This document shows positions 29,962 to 38,467 of a DNA stretch of 64,000 nucleotides, one piece after another. Both the position numbers and the translations under genes were made by a program. Source of the DNA: Myxococcales bacterium (lineage in GTDB: Bacteria; Myxococcota; Myxococcia; Myxococcales; JAKAPL01). The first letter of the stretch is position 1, and the number at the start of each line of letters is the position of its first letter. The stretch is from NCBI GenBank assembly GCA_021783235.1, contig JAJXUD010000009.1:1911-65910 (forward strand). Reading direction: 5' to 3'. The notes under the pieces were generated by a model. That model worked only from the letters and a program-made list of their open reading frames with translations. It ran no database searches and was not told the DNA's origin.

Positions 29962-30687
29962 ATGCGCCAGACGAAGAGCCTCCCGGTCCGCGGGGCCCCG
30001 CCGCCCGAACCCCCAAAGACGCTCACGCCGAGGGTCGCGAAGCTGCGGGCCCGGCTGCCGAAGCGCAAGCTCTTCGTCGCGCTCGCGGGCAACATCGGGG
30101 TGGGCAAGACCACCGCCGCGAAGCTCCTCAGCCAGGCGTTCGGCTTCGAGCTCTTCGACGAGCCCGTCATCGACAACCGCTTCCTGCGCGACTACTACGC
30201 CGACATGCGGCGCTGGTCGTTCACGCTGCAGCTCGAGTTCCTGTTGCGCCGGGTCGAGCACCACGAGCTCATCGGCACCGTGAAGAAGAGCTGCGTGCAG
30301 GACCGGAGCCTCTACGAGGACCCCGAGATCTTCGCGAAGTACCTGCACGGCCTCGGCCACCTGACCGACCCCGAGCTCCAGCTCTACCTCGAGTACTTCC
30401 AGCGGCTCTCCGCCGGCGTCCGGAGGCCCGACAAGGTCGTCTGCTTCGACGTGCCCGACGTCGACGAGCTGCTCCGCCGCATCCGCGAGCGCGGCCGCGA
30501 GGAGGAGAAGGGGATCGCCTCCTCGTTCTTGCGCGGGCTCGCGAGCTACTACCAGACCTTCCCGATGGTGCTGCGCAGCAAGTACGAGATCGACACCCTC
30601 ACCATCGACGTCACCGCGACCGACATCCGCTCGGGCCGCGGGCGCGAGGAGTTCCTCGACCGGGTGACGGGCTTCCTCGCGGGCTGA
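29962..30687 (+). CDS. deoxynucleoside kinase family protein
   Basis: P-loop GNIGVGKTT followed by EPV..N..L..YY and an ERS/DRS-type motif (VQDRSLYED). ATG 29962 was chosen within ORF 29407..30687. Confidence 0.75.
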   Translation: MRQTKSLPVRGAPPPEPPKTLTPRVAKLRARLPKRKLFVALAGNIGVGKTTAAKLLSQAFGFELFDEPVIDNRFLRDYYADMRRWSFTLQLEFLLRRVEHHELIGTVKKSCVQDRSLYEDPEIFAKYLHGLGHLTDPELQLYLEYFQRLSAGVRRPDKVVCFDVPDVDELLRRIRERGREEEKGIASSFLRGLASYYQTFPMVLRSKYEIDTLTIDVTATDIRSGRGREEFLDRVTGFLAG

Positions 30688-30709
30688 CCTCTGGGGCGAC
30701 GGGCGCGCC

Positions 30710-31903
30710 TCACGGGGGGGAGGTCGTCGCGTGGGGCGCGGCGCCGCGGCGGGCGCTCCAGAGCTCGAGCGAGCTTCCGACCACCGTGGTGAGGATCGCC
30801 CCGAAGGCCACCGCCGCCGCGCGCTCGCCGCCGGCCCAGCCGGCCGCGATGGGGAGCTGGGCCACCACCGCCGCGACGAGCCCGCGCGGCCCGAGCGCCC
30901 GGGCGGCCCGTCGATCGGCGGCCGGCAGGGACCGGAGCGCGAGCTGCGTGAGCGGCTGGCGCATGGCCACGAGCGCCACGCCGAGCCCGGCGCCGAAGAG
31001 GAGCGCGGCCGGGCGCCCGAAGGGGATGACGGCCCCGAGGTAGGTGAAGAAGAAGACCTTGAGGAGGAAGCTCAGCTCCGCGAAGAAGAGCCGCTCGGCG
31101 TCGGTGAGCGCGAGATCGCCCGTGGCCTTGCGGCGCAAGAGTCCCGTGGCGTTCCCGAGCGAAAGCCCGAAGGCGAAGGTCCCGATGGCGCCGCTCAGGC
31201 CGAGGCGGACGAGCAGGGCGTAGAGGATGAGGAGGGTGGCCACCGTGGGGAGCAGCGAGGTCCGCCCCTCGCGCAGCGGCCGCAGCGCCAGCGCCCAGGC
31301 GAGTCCGGCGGCGGCGCCGACGCCGAGCGAGGCGACGAACTGGAGCTCGACCTGGCGGCCGAGGGTCGCGAGCGAGAGGGAGCCCGAGCGCGCGGCGCCG
31401 AGGATGGTGAGGGCCCCCACCACGGAGAGGACGTCCCCCAGGGTGGATTCGAGCGAGAGCAGCGCCTCGGCCCGCGCGCCCAGCCCGAGGCCGGGCAGGA
31501 GCGGCAAGACCACGGTCGTCGAGGTCGCGCCGAGGGCGAAGCCCAAGGAGAGCGCCACCGGGAGCGCGAGGCCGAGGAAGAGGCCGACCGCGGTGGCGAG
31601 GATCGACGCGGGGAGGAAGTTCAGGAGCGCCAGGAGGCTCGCCCGGCCGAGCACTTGCCAGAGGCGGCGCAGCTCGAGCCGCACGGCCCCTTCGAAGAGG
31701 ATCACGACGAGCGCGAGCGCGCTCAGGATCTCGCCGAAGAGGCCGAGCTGCTCGGGCCGCACGGCGCCGCCGAGGTGGAGGCCGAGGCCGAGGAGCATGA
31801 GCAGGAGGACGTCCGGCAGGCCGAAGCGGCGAAAGATCAGCTCCGCGAAGTAGCCGGCGAGCAGGAGCGCGCCCGCCGCCCCGACGAGGTAGGCCGCGTT
31901 CAT
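30710..31903 (-). CDS. cation:proton antiporter (Na+/H+ exchanger family)
   Basis: Polytopic membrane protein. Its N-terminus MNAAYLVGAAGALLLAGYFAELIFRRFGLPDVLLLMLLG is typical of the CPA family. ATG 31903 was chosen as start. Confidence 0.75.
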   Translation of the reverse strand: MNAAYLVGAAGALLLAGYFAELIFRRFGLPDVLLLMLLGLGLHLGGAVRPEQLGLFGEILSALALVVILFEGAVRLELRRLWQVLGRASLLALLNFLPASILATAVGLFLGLALPVALSLGFALGATSTTVVLPLLPGLGLGARAEALLSLESTLGDVLSVVGALTILGAARSGSLSLATLGRQVELQFVASLGVGAAAGLAWALALRPLREGRTSLLPTVATLLILYALLVRLGLSGAIGTFAFGLSLGNATGLLRRKATGDLALTDAERLFFAELSFLLKVFFFTYLGAVIPFGRPAALLFGAGLGVALVAMRQPLTQLALRSLPAADRRAARALGPRGLVAAVVAQLPIAAGWAGGERAAAVAFGAILTTVVGSSLELWSARRGAAPHATTSPP

Positions 31904-32083
31904 CGCGCCACCATGCCCGCCGCCCGAGCGGGATTCAATCCCCGACTCGACCGGCTGCGGCGCGGTGAGGGCGCGGCGCTGCGCGAGCGGAGGCGGGCCG
32001 CGTCCGCGGCCCCGTGCCTTCATCGGGTTCGGGCCCCCGGGCCGACTTCACCCGGGAGCCCTCTCCCTACTGACGCGCCGGGG

Positions 32084-32596
32084 CTACTTCCCCGTCGCGC
32101 CGCCGGCCGGCGGGATCACCCCGCCGATCGGCTTCCCGTCGGGGCCGACGAGCTGCACCGTCACGGGGCCGCCCACGATGGAGAGCTTCTGCTTCTTCCC
32201 CATCGTGCCGCGGGCCTCGCGGGTGAGCTTGCGCTTGGCCGCCGCGGCCGCCTTCTGCTCGGCGGTGCGCGGCGGCTGCTGCTTGGCGGGGGCGTACCCG
32301 AGCTCCGTGAGGAGCGGGTTCGCCTTGCCGAGCAGCCCCTTGAGGGCCTGCCCCAGCTCCACGTAGAACACGTGGCCCTGGGGCAGGGCGGCCCGCTGGG
32401 CCGAGAGCGCCGGCTGGAGCTGCTGCCGGAGCTGGTCGACCGCGTCGAGCACGGCGTACAGGTCGCCCAGGGTCTTCAGGACCTCCTGGACGGAGTACGT
32501 CTTGCCGTTCACGGGGATCGACGTGGTCGCCGGAACGACCGCCGCGATCCCGTCGCGGGCCTGCTTCACCTTCTGCTTGAACTTCGTCATGGTCAT
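32084..32596 (-). CDS. small basic protein of unknown function (paralogue A of 61383..61910)
   Basis: 170 aa with a strong RBS (AAGGAGG) 7 nt before ATG 32596. The architecture is alignable with 61383..61910: N-terminal NG(K/T)x(Y/F)(S/T)VQ, a helical middle, a Lys/Arg/Ala-rich segment, then LVGPDGKPI. Confidence 0.7.
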   Translation of the reverse strand: MTMTKFKQKVKQARDGIAAVVPATTSIPVNGKTYSVQEVLKTLGDLYAVLDAVDQLRQQLQPALSAQRAALPQGHVFYVELGQALKGLLGKANPLLTELGYAPAKQQPPRTAEQKAAAAAKRKLTREARGTMGKKQKLSIVGGPVTVQLVGPDGKPIGGVIPPAGGATGK

Positions 32597-32736
32597 CGTC
32601 ACCTCCTTTCCGGGCCTGTCCGCGCCCTTCACCTCCATGGGGGCCAGGAGACCGCGAAAGTGCGGCGAGAAAAGTGACGTCGGGGGCTCGAACGCGACTT
32701 TCCCGGGCGTTTCCGGGGCCTTCGACGGCCGGAGAG

Positions 32737-33020
32737 GCGCTTTGACGACCTCGAGAGCGGCTCTCGAGCCCTCGATGAGCGCTTTGACGACCCCGAGAGC
32801 GGCTCTCGGGCCCTCGATGAGCGCTTTGACGACCTCGAGAGCGGCTCTCGAGCCCTCGATGAGCGCTTTGACGACCGCGAGAGCAGCTCTCGAGCCCTCG
32901 ATGAGCGCTTTGACGACCGCGAGAGCAGCTCTCGAGCCCTCGATGAGCGCTTTGACGACCGCGAGAGCGGCTCTCGGGCCCTCGATGAGCGCTTTGACGA
33001 CCCCGAGAGCAGCTCTCGAG
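32737..33020. repeat. 42-bp tandem repeat array, ~6.75 copies, each with a 15-bp palindrome
   Basis: Units start at 32737, 32779, 32821, 32863, 32905, 32947 and 32989. Consensus GCGCTTTGACGACCnCGAGAGCnGCTCTCGnGCCCTCGATGA, with the internal inverted repeat CGAGAGCnGCTCTCG. Variation is confined to 3 positions. Confidence 0.95.
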
Positions 33021-33323
33021 GTCCCCGAAGCGAGAGCGGCCGTCCCCCCGAGGAGGACGGCCGCCGTCGAGGAGGCGTCCACTCCCGTCCTCGAGAGGCG
33101 GGCGCCTGGAGGCCAAGCCGACCGGTGGCGTAGAATCCTCGGTGCATCCGAGGAGGGGAGATGGAATCCAGAACTGGCGAGCCTCCGACCCCCGTGGACC
33201 GCGGCGGTCTCGTCCGGCGTCCGCCCCACCGGGTCGCGAACGGGAAGGTCTTCGTCGCGAGCGGCTTCGGATCCGCCGGGGCGAGTCCCGTGGTTCACGT
33301 CTTTGGCCTCCTCCATCGCTGAG

Positions 33324-34541
33324 ATGCGCCCGCAACCTTCCAGAGCGCTCGCGCTGCTGCTCCTGGCTGCCGCCGGCTGCTGCTCGAACCCGACCGCCCG
33401 GCTGCCCGGAGGAGACGCGGGCGCGGCGGACGGCGGGGCTGGCGGCGGCTCGGCTTCGACGACCGGCGGCTCGTCAGGCGGGGGCGCCTCTTCGGGGACG
33501 GGCGGCTGCGTCCCAGACTCGCTGACCTGTGGCAGTCCAGGCAATCCGGGCTGCTGCGAGCCCAGTCAGGCGGTCTGCGCTTCCAGGGATGGAGTGGGCA
33601 CGGCATGCGTCTTTGGCGTCGACGGCGGGATGGGATGTCCGGCCGGCGATACTTGTCTTCCAGAGCCGAGCGCCTTCCCGCTCGGGATCTGCGAGGCAAG
33701 ATGCCAGAATCCTGGAAACGCCTGTAGACCTGGTGGCGGAGGACCGGGCGCTTGTCTTCTCGTCAATGGGCAGGCCGTCACCACCTGCGTGAACGCGACC
33801 TACGCGGGCGTGCCCCTCTCGGGGCCGCCGCTGCCGAGCCCGGATTGGGGCGTGGTCGGGACCGCCGCGAACGGGCAGTGCGACTGCATCGAGGACTTTC
33901 CGCATTACGAGTTCGCGCCTTGCCCGGGGCCGGTCACGCAGTCGCAGGTCCAGGCCGAGTGCGGCTGCCCGCTCCAGTGCGTGGGGCCCGACCCCTACGA
34001 CCACTTCTGCGAGCTGCCGTGCCATGGCGAGGACGACTGCCCCTGGAACTCGACCTGCCAGGGCTATCCCGACGGCACCACGGGCTGCGCCCCCACCCCC
34101 GAGTGCACGGACGCCGGCGCGCTCTGCGATCCGCACGCGGGCAACCCGGGGACCTGCCTGCCGATGTGGACCTACCTCGGCCCGAAGCTCTACTGCTTCG
34201 AGGGGGGCGGGCAGATCGGCCCCTGCGATCCCGATCCCCTGGCCTCGCGGAGACACTCCTGGTGCCACGCGGGGTCGTACTGCCTTTCGACGGGCCCCGA
34301 CGGCGGGAGCTGCGTGCCGGTCTGCGATCCCTCGAAGCCGGGCGGCGCGCAGTGCCCGAGCGGCACGCACTGCGGCGTCGTCTTCGACGGGATGCCGTCG
34401 TTCGGGGCCTGCGTCGCCTGCCTGCCGCCCCGGGCGCCCTGCCAGACGGGCGCCGACTGCTGCGACGGCGACTGCGAGCCGGGCTGCAGCTTCGACTACA
34501 CCCCGGACGGCTGGGGCGCGGGCTGCAGGGAGTGCCGGTAG
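33324..34541 (+). CDS. Cys-rich secreted lipoprotein
   Basis: Lipoprotein signal MRPQPSRALALLLLAAAGC, a Gly/Ser linker, then ~400 aa with very many Cys. Ends ...CQTGADCCDGDCEPGC...GCRECR. Confidence 0.7.
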   Translation: MRPQPSRALALLLLAAAGCCSNPTARLPGGDAGAADGGAGGGSASTTGGSSGGGASSGTGGCVPDSLTCGSPGNPGCCEPSQAVCASRDGVGTACVFGVDGGMGCPAGDTCLPEPSAFPLGICEARCQNPGNACRPGGGGPGACLLVNGQAVTTCVNATYAGVPLSGPPLPSPDWGVVGTAANGQCDCIEDFPHYEFAPCPGPVTQSQVQAECGCPLQCVGPDPYDHFCELPCHGEDDCPWNSTCQGYPDGTTGCAPTPECTDAGALCDPHAGNPGTCLPMWTYLGPKLYCFEGGGQIGPCDPDPLASRRHSWCHAGSYCLSTGPDGGSCVPVCDPSKPGGAQCPSGTHCGVVFDGMPSFGACVACLPPRAPCQTGADCCDGDCEPGCSFDYTPDGWGAGCRECR

Positions 34542-34573
34542 TCAGCCCTTCGCGCGCTCGTACTGCACCGGCC
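34518..34573. repeat. 56-bp direct repeat, copy 1 (contains a duplicated 3' end of the OYE gene)
   Basis: GCGGGCTGCAGGGAGTGCCGGT(A/C)GTCAGCCCTTCGCGCGCTCGTACTGCACCGGCC recurs at 35359-35414 with one mismatch. Confidence 0.95.
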
Positions 34574-34602
34574 CCACTGGAATTCGACGAGAGGTCGTGA
34601 TG

Positions 34603-34675
34603 AGCGAAATGACGACCGCGAGAACGGCCCTCGAGCCCTCGATGAGCGCTTGGCGACCCCCAGCCCGAGAGCGAC
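34603..34675. repeat. solitary degenerate copy (~1.5 units) of the 42-bp repeat
   Basis: AGCGAAATGACGACCGCGAGAACGGCCCTCGAGCCCTCGATGAGCGCTTGGCGACC resembles the 32737-33020 unit. Confidence 0.7.
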
Positions 34676-34989
34676 TACGGGCAGGGGCCGCCGTCGCGAT
34701 AGACGCAGTCCTGGCAGCACTTCCGGTCGATCCCCGCCGAGGGCAGGGGGCCGGAGCAGAGGCAGTAGCAGGTGACCTCCGCGCAGTCCTTCGCAACCTG
34801 CACGGCGCTCGGCGCACCGACGCGGCCAGTGTCGCAGTATGCTGGAAAGAGGGAGCCAGCATCGAGAAAGACGATGCCTGAATCCGTCGAGGCGTCCGCG
34901 CAGGCGCTCGACGCAGGCGCGCCGGCGCAACCGAGGCCGAGCGCGACGATCGCGCTCGCGAATGCACCAATTCGTAGAGGCGTCGGCAT
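34675..34989 (-). CDS. small Cys-rich lipoprotein
   Basis: MPTPLRIGAFASAIVALGLGC lipobox and ~10 Cys in the mature part. The start is uncertain (ATG 34989 or 35001). Lies inside the direct-repeat-flanked insertion. Confidence 0.45.
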   Translation of the reverse strand: MPTPLRIGAFASAIVALGLGCAGAPASSACADASTDSGIVFLDAGSLFPAYCDTGRVGAPSAVQVAKDCAEVTCYCLCSGPLPSAGIDRKCCQDCVYRDGGPCP

Positions 34990-35028
34990 GGCGTGGGTCA
35001 TGGAGGGCAAGCGCTCGTGTTCCATTCG

Positions 35029-35355
35029 ATGATGCTGCGCTGCCGTCACAGCTACCTTTGGGTCACCGCAATCGTTGTCCTGGCCGCCTGCGCGGCTGGT
35101 TGCTCCCCTGGCCCACAGATCTGTCCGCAGGGCGCAGGCGGGGTCAACGCCTGTGAGTGCCTGGAGGGGCTCTTCTGTCCGCTGGCTCCTTGTCAGACGA
35201 GTTCGGACTGCCCCAACACGGAACCCCAGGGGTGCTGCTCACCCTTGCACCATTGCACGACCTGTGGCTGCCTTCGCAATGCTTCCCCCGATGGAGCCTA
35301 CGGCTGTTCGTCACAGACATCATGCCAGCAGTTCACCGCAGATTCAGGGTGCTGA
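35029..35355 (+). CDS. small Cys-rich lipoprotein
   Basis: MMLRCRHSYLWVTAIVVLAACAAGC lipobox and many Cys. Third-position GC is visibly lower than in neighbouring genes. Lies inside the direct-repeat-flanked insertion. Confidence 0.45.
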   Translation: MMLRCRHSYLWVTAIVVLAACAAGCSPGPQICPQGAGGVNACECLEGLFCPLAPCQTSSDCPNTEPQGCCSPLHHCTTCGCLRNASPDGAYGCSSQTSCQQFTADSGC

Positions 35356-35358
35356 TCG

Positions 35359-35414
35359 GCGGGCTGCAGGGAGTGCCGGTCGTCAGCCCTTCGCGCGCTC
35401 GTACTGCACCGGCC
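35359..35414. repeat. 56-bp direct repeat, copy 2 (overlaps the genuine 3' end of the OYE gene)
   Basis: See 34518-34573. Confidence 0.95.
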
Positions 35415-36447
35415 ACTTCACGTCGACGCCGAGCGCCTTCGCGGCGTGGAGCGGCCAGTGGGGGTCGCGCAGGAGCGCGCGGGCGAGGAAGACGGCGTCG
35501 GCCTTGCCCGAGGCGACGATCTCCTCGGCCTGCTGGGCCTCGGTGACGAGCCCCACGGCGCCGGTCGGCACCTTCGCCTCGCGCCGCACGGCCTCGGCGA
35601 AGGGGACCTGGTAGCCCGGGCCCACGGGGATCTTCTGCTGGGGGACGAGGCCGCCGCTCGAGCAGTCGACGAGGTCGACGCCGGCCTCGCGCAGCCTTTT
35701 GGCGAGCTCGATCGTCTGCGGCAGATCCCAGCCGCCCTCGGCCCAGTCGGTCGCGGACAGGCGGGCGAAGAGCGGCAGCTCGGCGGGCCAGGCGGCGCGG
35801 ACGGCGCGGGCGATCCGCAGCGCGAGCCGCATCCGGTTCTCGAGCGAGCCGCCGTAGTCGTCGCCCCGTCGGTTCGAGAGCGGCGAGAGGAACTCGTGGA
35901 TCAGGTAGCCGTGGGCGAAGTGGAGCTCGATCACCCGAAAGCCCGCGGCGCGCGCGAGCCGGGTCGACTCCTCGAAGCGGCCGACGAGCTCGTCGATCTC
36001 GGCGAGGCCGAGCTCGCGCGGCATCGGGTAGCCCTCGGCGAACGGCACGGCGCTCGGCGCGACCGTCTGCCAGCCGCCGCGCTCCCTCGGGACCTCGCCG
36101 TTGCCCTGCCAGGGCACGGCGGTGGAGGCCTTGCGGCCGGCGTGGGCGAGCTGGATGCCGGCGACCGACCCCTGTGCCTCGATGAAGGCGGTGATCCGCC
36201 GGAAGCCCTCGGCGTGGGCCTTCGACCAGAGCCCGGAGTCCGCGGGGCTGATGCGCCCCTCGGGGGAGACGCCGGTCGCCTCCACCACGACGAGCCCGGC
36301 GCCGCCCACGGCGCGGCTGCCGAGGTGGACGAGGTGCCAGTCGTTCGGCATCCCGTCGTCGCTCGAGTACTGGCACATCGGACTCACGAAGATCCGGTTC
36401 TTGAACCGGACCTCCCGCAGCTTCAGCTCCGAGAAGAGAACGCTCAT
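35383..36447 (-). CDS. NADH:flavin oxidoreductase, Old Yellow Enzyme family (YqjM/NamA-like)
   Basis: MSVLFSELKLREVRFKNRIFVSPMCQYS...WHLVHLGSRAVGGAGLV...HFAHGYLIHEFLSPLSN. The ATG overlaps the hemF stop (ATGA). Confidence 0.85.
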   Translation of the reverse strand: MSVLFSELKLREVRFKNRIFVSPMCQYSSDDGMPNDWHLVHLGSRAVGGAGLVVVEATGVSPEGRISPADSGLWSKAHAEGFRRITAFIEAQGSVAGIQLAHAGRKASTAVPWQGNGEVPRERGGWQTVAPSAVPFAEGYPMPRELGLAEIDELVGRFEESTRLARAAGFRVIELHFAHGYLIHEFLSPLSNRRGDDYGGSLENRMRLALRIARAVRAAWPAELPLFARLSATDWAEGGWDLPQTIELAKRLREAGVDLVDCSSGGLVPQQKIPVGPGYQVPFAEAVRREAKVPTGAVGLVTEAQQAEEIVASGKADAVFLARALLRDPHWPLHAAKALGVDVKWPVQYERAKG

Positions 36448-37463
36448 GCCCACTCCTTGGGGTTGCGCAGGACGTCGAGAAGCTTCGCCTCCTCGCCGCC
36501 CGGCGAGGGCTCGGCCGCGCTCGACCAGCGGGCGAGCGGCGGGAGCGACATGAGGACGCTCTCGATCCGCCCGCCCGTCTCGAGGCCGAAGAGGGTCCCC
36601 CGGTCGTAGACCAGGTTGAACTCGACGTAGCGGCCGCGCCGCAGGAGCTGCCAGCTTCGCTCGCGCTCGCCGAACGGGGCGTCCTTGCGCCGCTCGAGGA
36701 CGGGGAGGTAGGAGGGCAGGAAGGCCTCGGCGCAGCGGCGGACGAGGTCGAAGAGGGCGTCGCGGTCGCCCTGCAGGTAGTCGAAGAAGATCCCGCCCAC
36801 GCCGCGCCGCTCGCCCCGGTGGCGGATGAAGAAGTAGTCGTCGCAGGCCCGCTTGAAGTCGGCGTAGCGCTCGCCGCAGGCGTCGCGCAGCGTCCGGTGG
36901 AAGTGGCGGGCGTCCTCCTCGAACAGGTACGCCGGGGTGAGGTCCGCGCCGCCGCCGAACCAGAGCGCCTCGCCCTTCTGAAAGCAGCGGTAGTTCGCGT
37001 GGACCGTGGGGGCGCGGGGGTTTCTCGGGTGGAGGACGAGCGAGAGGCCGGCGGCGTAGAAGGCGCGGCCCGAGCCGGGCAGGGTGGCGGCGAGCTTCTC
37101 GGGCAGCTCGCCGTGGACCTCGGAGAAGTTGACGCCGCCGCGCTCGAGGACGGGCCCCTCCTCGACGAGCCGCGACCGGCCGCCGCCGCCGCCCGGCCGC
37201 TCCCAGCGCTCCTCGCGAAAGGGCGTGCCGTCGACCCGCTCGAGGGCGGCGCAGACGCGCTCCTGCAGATCCCGCAGGTAGGGCGCGAAGTCGCGCCGGG
37301 AGTCGAAGCTCAAGGCCGCTCCTCTGCGCTCGGGCAGCAGAGCGCGGGGAGCCGCCGCCAGATCCGCTCGGGAGGGGTCCACATGGCGGTCCAACTGATA
37401 GCACGGCCGCCCGCCATGCGCCGATGGCCGCGCGCCTCTCGGGGTGGTAGAACGGGCGGGCAT
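36444..37463 (-). CDS. hemF: oxygen-dependent coproporphyrinogen III oxidase
   Basis: Motifs RPGGGGG, GGVNFSEVHG, LVLHPRNPRAPTVHANYRCF, WFGGGADLTP, RHRGERRGVGGIFFDY. The true start may be internal to the ORF. Confidence 0.8.
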   Translation of the reverse strand: MPARSTTPRGARPSAHGGRPCYQLDRHVDPSRADLAAAPRALLPERRGAALSFDSRRDFAPYLRDLQERVCAALERVDGTPFREERWERPGGGGGRSRLVEEGPVLERGGVNFSEVHGELPEKLAATLPGSGRAFYAAGLSLVLHPRNPRAPTVHANYRCFQKGEALWFGGGADLTPAYLFEEDARHFHRTLRDACGERYADFKRACDDYFFIRHRGERRGVGGIFFDYLQGDRDALFDLVRRCAEAFLPSYLPVLERRKDAPFGERERSWQLLRRGRYVEFNLVYDRGTLFGLETGGRIESVLMSLPPLARWSSAAEPSPGGEEAKLLDVLRNPKEWA

Positions 37464-37465
37464 TC

Positions 37466-37539
37466 GCGCCCATAGCTCAGCTGGATAGAGCGTCGGGCTT
37501 CGAACCCGAAGGCCGCAGGTTCAAGTCCTGCTGGGCGCG
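37466..37539 (+). tRNA. tRNA-Arg (anticodon TCG)
   Basis: Manual cloverleaf: acceptor GCGCCCA/TGGGCGC, anticodon stem TCGGG/CCCGA, loop CTTCGAA, T-loop TTCAAGT. Confidence 0.9.
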
Positions 37540-37635
37540 CCGAAAAAGAGGGTTGGAGTTCGAGGGGGTTGTACGTCTCTGCCCGATGGTCATTGGCCCC
37601 TCGCCCCCGTCGGGTAGCGGTCTGCCGGGAGGCGC

Positions 37636-37770
37636 TCAGGCCGTCTTGTGCTGCTCGCGGCGGAGGCGGTCGAGCTTCTTGCCGATCCGGTAGGCAGCGA
37701 AGAGGCTCACCAGGCCGATGAGGGCAATGACCCCGAACCCGCCGCCGACGATCGCTAGTGCTCGGTCCAT
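37636..37770 (-). CDS. small single-TM protein (hypothetical)
   Basis: MDRALAIVGGGFGVIALIGLVSLFAAYRIGKKLDRLRREQHKTA. Lies in the lower-GC segment between the tRNA-Arg and its 3' duplicate. Confidence 0.3.
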   Translation of the reverse strand: MDRALAIVGGGFGVIALIGLVSLFAAYRIGKKLDRLRREQHKTA

Positions 37771-38042
37771 CGCCTCTTCACCTCGGCCAGGCCCCATTCG
37801 AGGCCGACACCAACCGCCCACAGGATAACGCCGAGGGCAGAGATTCTCCAGGGCCACTCCTCCGTCTGCTTGCCCTCCCCCAAGAAGTAATCCAGCAGGC
37901 CGAAGACTACCACCAGCATCCCACCCTCCCGGAGGGCCTCTCCGGCCCGCTCCACGGCGAGCCAGACGAGGCTCTGCACCCGTTCGAGCGGAGCGATCGC
38001 GGACGCACTGGCCTTCTCAGCCACGGGTGCGGACCCTAGCAT
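37755..38042 (-). CDS. small two-TM membrane protein (hypothetical)
   Basis: 95-aa ORF with two hydrophobic segments. Overlaps the start of the downstream small ORF. Sits in the lower-GC segment. Confidence 0.3.
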   Translation of the reverse strand: MLGSAPVAEKASASAIAPLERVQSLVWLAVERAGEALREGGMLVVVFGLLDYFLGEGKQTEEWPWRISALGVILWAVGVGLEWGLAEVKRRWTEH

Positions 38043-38384
38043 GTAGCCCTGACTCGCCAGCCGGACGACGCGCGGTCGCTACCACGCCAGCGGAGGCGAG
38101 GGCAAAGGGGCCCTGCGGCCGCGGCAGAGCGCGCCGCTTCCACCGCCAGAGCCAGATTGCCTCACCGACGATCCCGCGTCCGCCGATCGCGCCGACCGCG
38201 ATCGCCTCGGGTGCGATCCGGATCGCATGGCTCACGCGGGAGTGCGGCAACTGCCGCGGTCGCGGAGTCGGTGGAGGAGATCTCCCCAAGTAGTGCAGCG
38301 CGGTCCCCAGGCAAGCCCAGCGGAATCATTCACTTGCACGAGCGGCATGACTGAGGGTACGGAGTGCGAAGCGCCCGGCCGCCC

Positions 38385-38430
38385 CTTCGAACCCGAAGGC
38401 CGCAGGTTCAAGTCCTGCTGGGCGCGCCGA
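38385..38430 (+). repeat. 46-bp exact duplicate of the tRNA-Arg(TCG) 3' part (anticodon loop to 3' end +4)
   Basis: CTTCGAACCCGAAGGCCGCAGGTTCAAGTCCTGCTGGGCGCGCCGA is identical to 37498-37543. It is preceded by GCGCCC, resembling a tRNA 5' end without a D arm. Confidence 0.9.
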
Positions 38431-38467
38431 GGACGAGCTGCTGATCGAGGGCTCGCGGAGGAGCCTC

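Noticed and set aside
25838-30016. 1392-aa minus-strand ORF opposite mdtB/mdtC, and similar ORFs 42500..47164 (+), 42510..46991 (-), 47552..50749 (+), 4397..7012 (-), 57692..60709 (+)
   Set aside because: The same reasoning applies: these are Arg/Asp/Glu/Gly-rich shadow ORFs overlapping genes with clear family signatures.
32737-33020. Possible CRISPR array (regular short repeats with palindromic core)
   Set aside because: The units are contiguous (exactly 42 bp start-to-start) with no unique spacers between them, and no cas genes are nearby. It is a plain tandem repeat.
32084-33544. 486-aa ORF that would fuse the 42-bp repeats (as 14-aa repeats GSRAALAVVKALIE) to the small basic protein
   Set aside because: A strong AAGGAGG RBS precedes the internal ATG at 32596. 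The upstream part uses rare codons for this genome (AGA, GCT, AAA), is open in all frames to a similar degree, and its 5' end overlaps the well-supported lipoprotein gene at 33324. It is kept as an open question in the findings.
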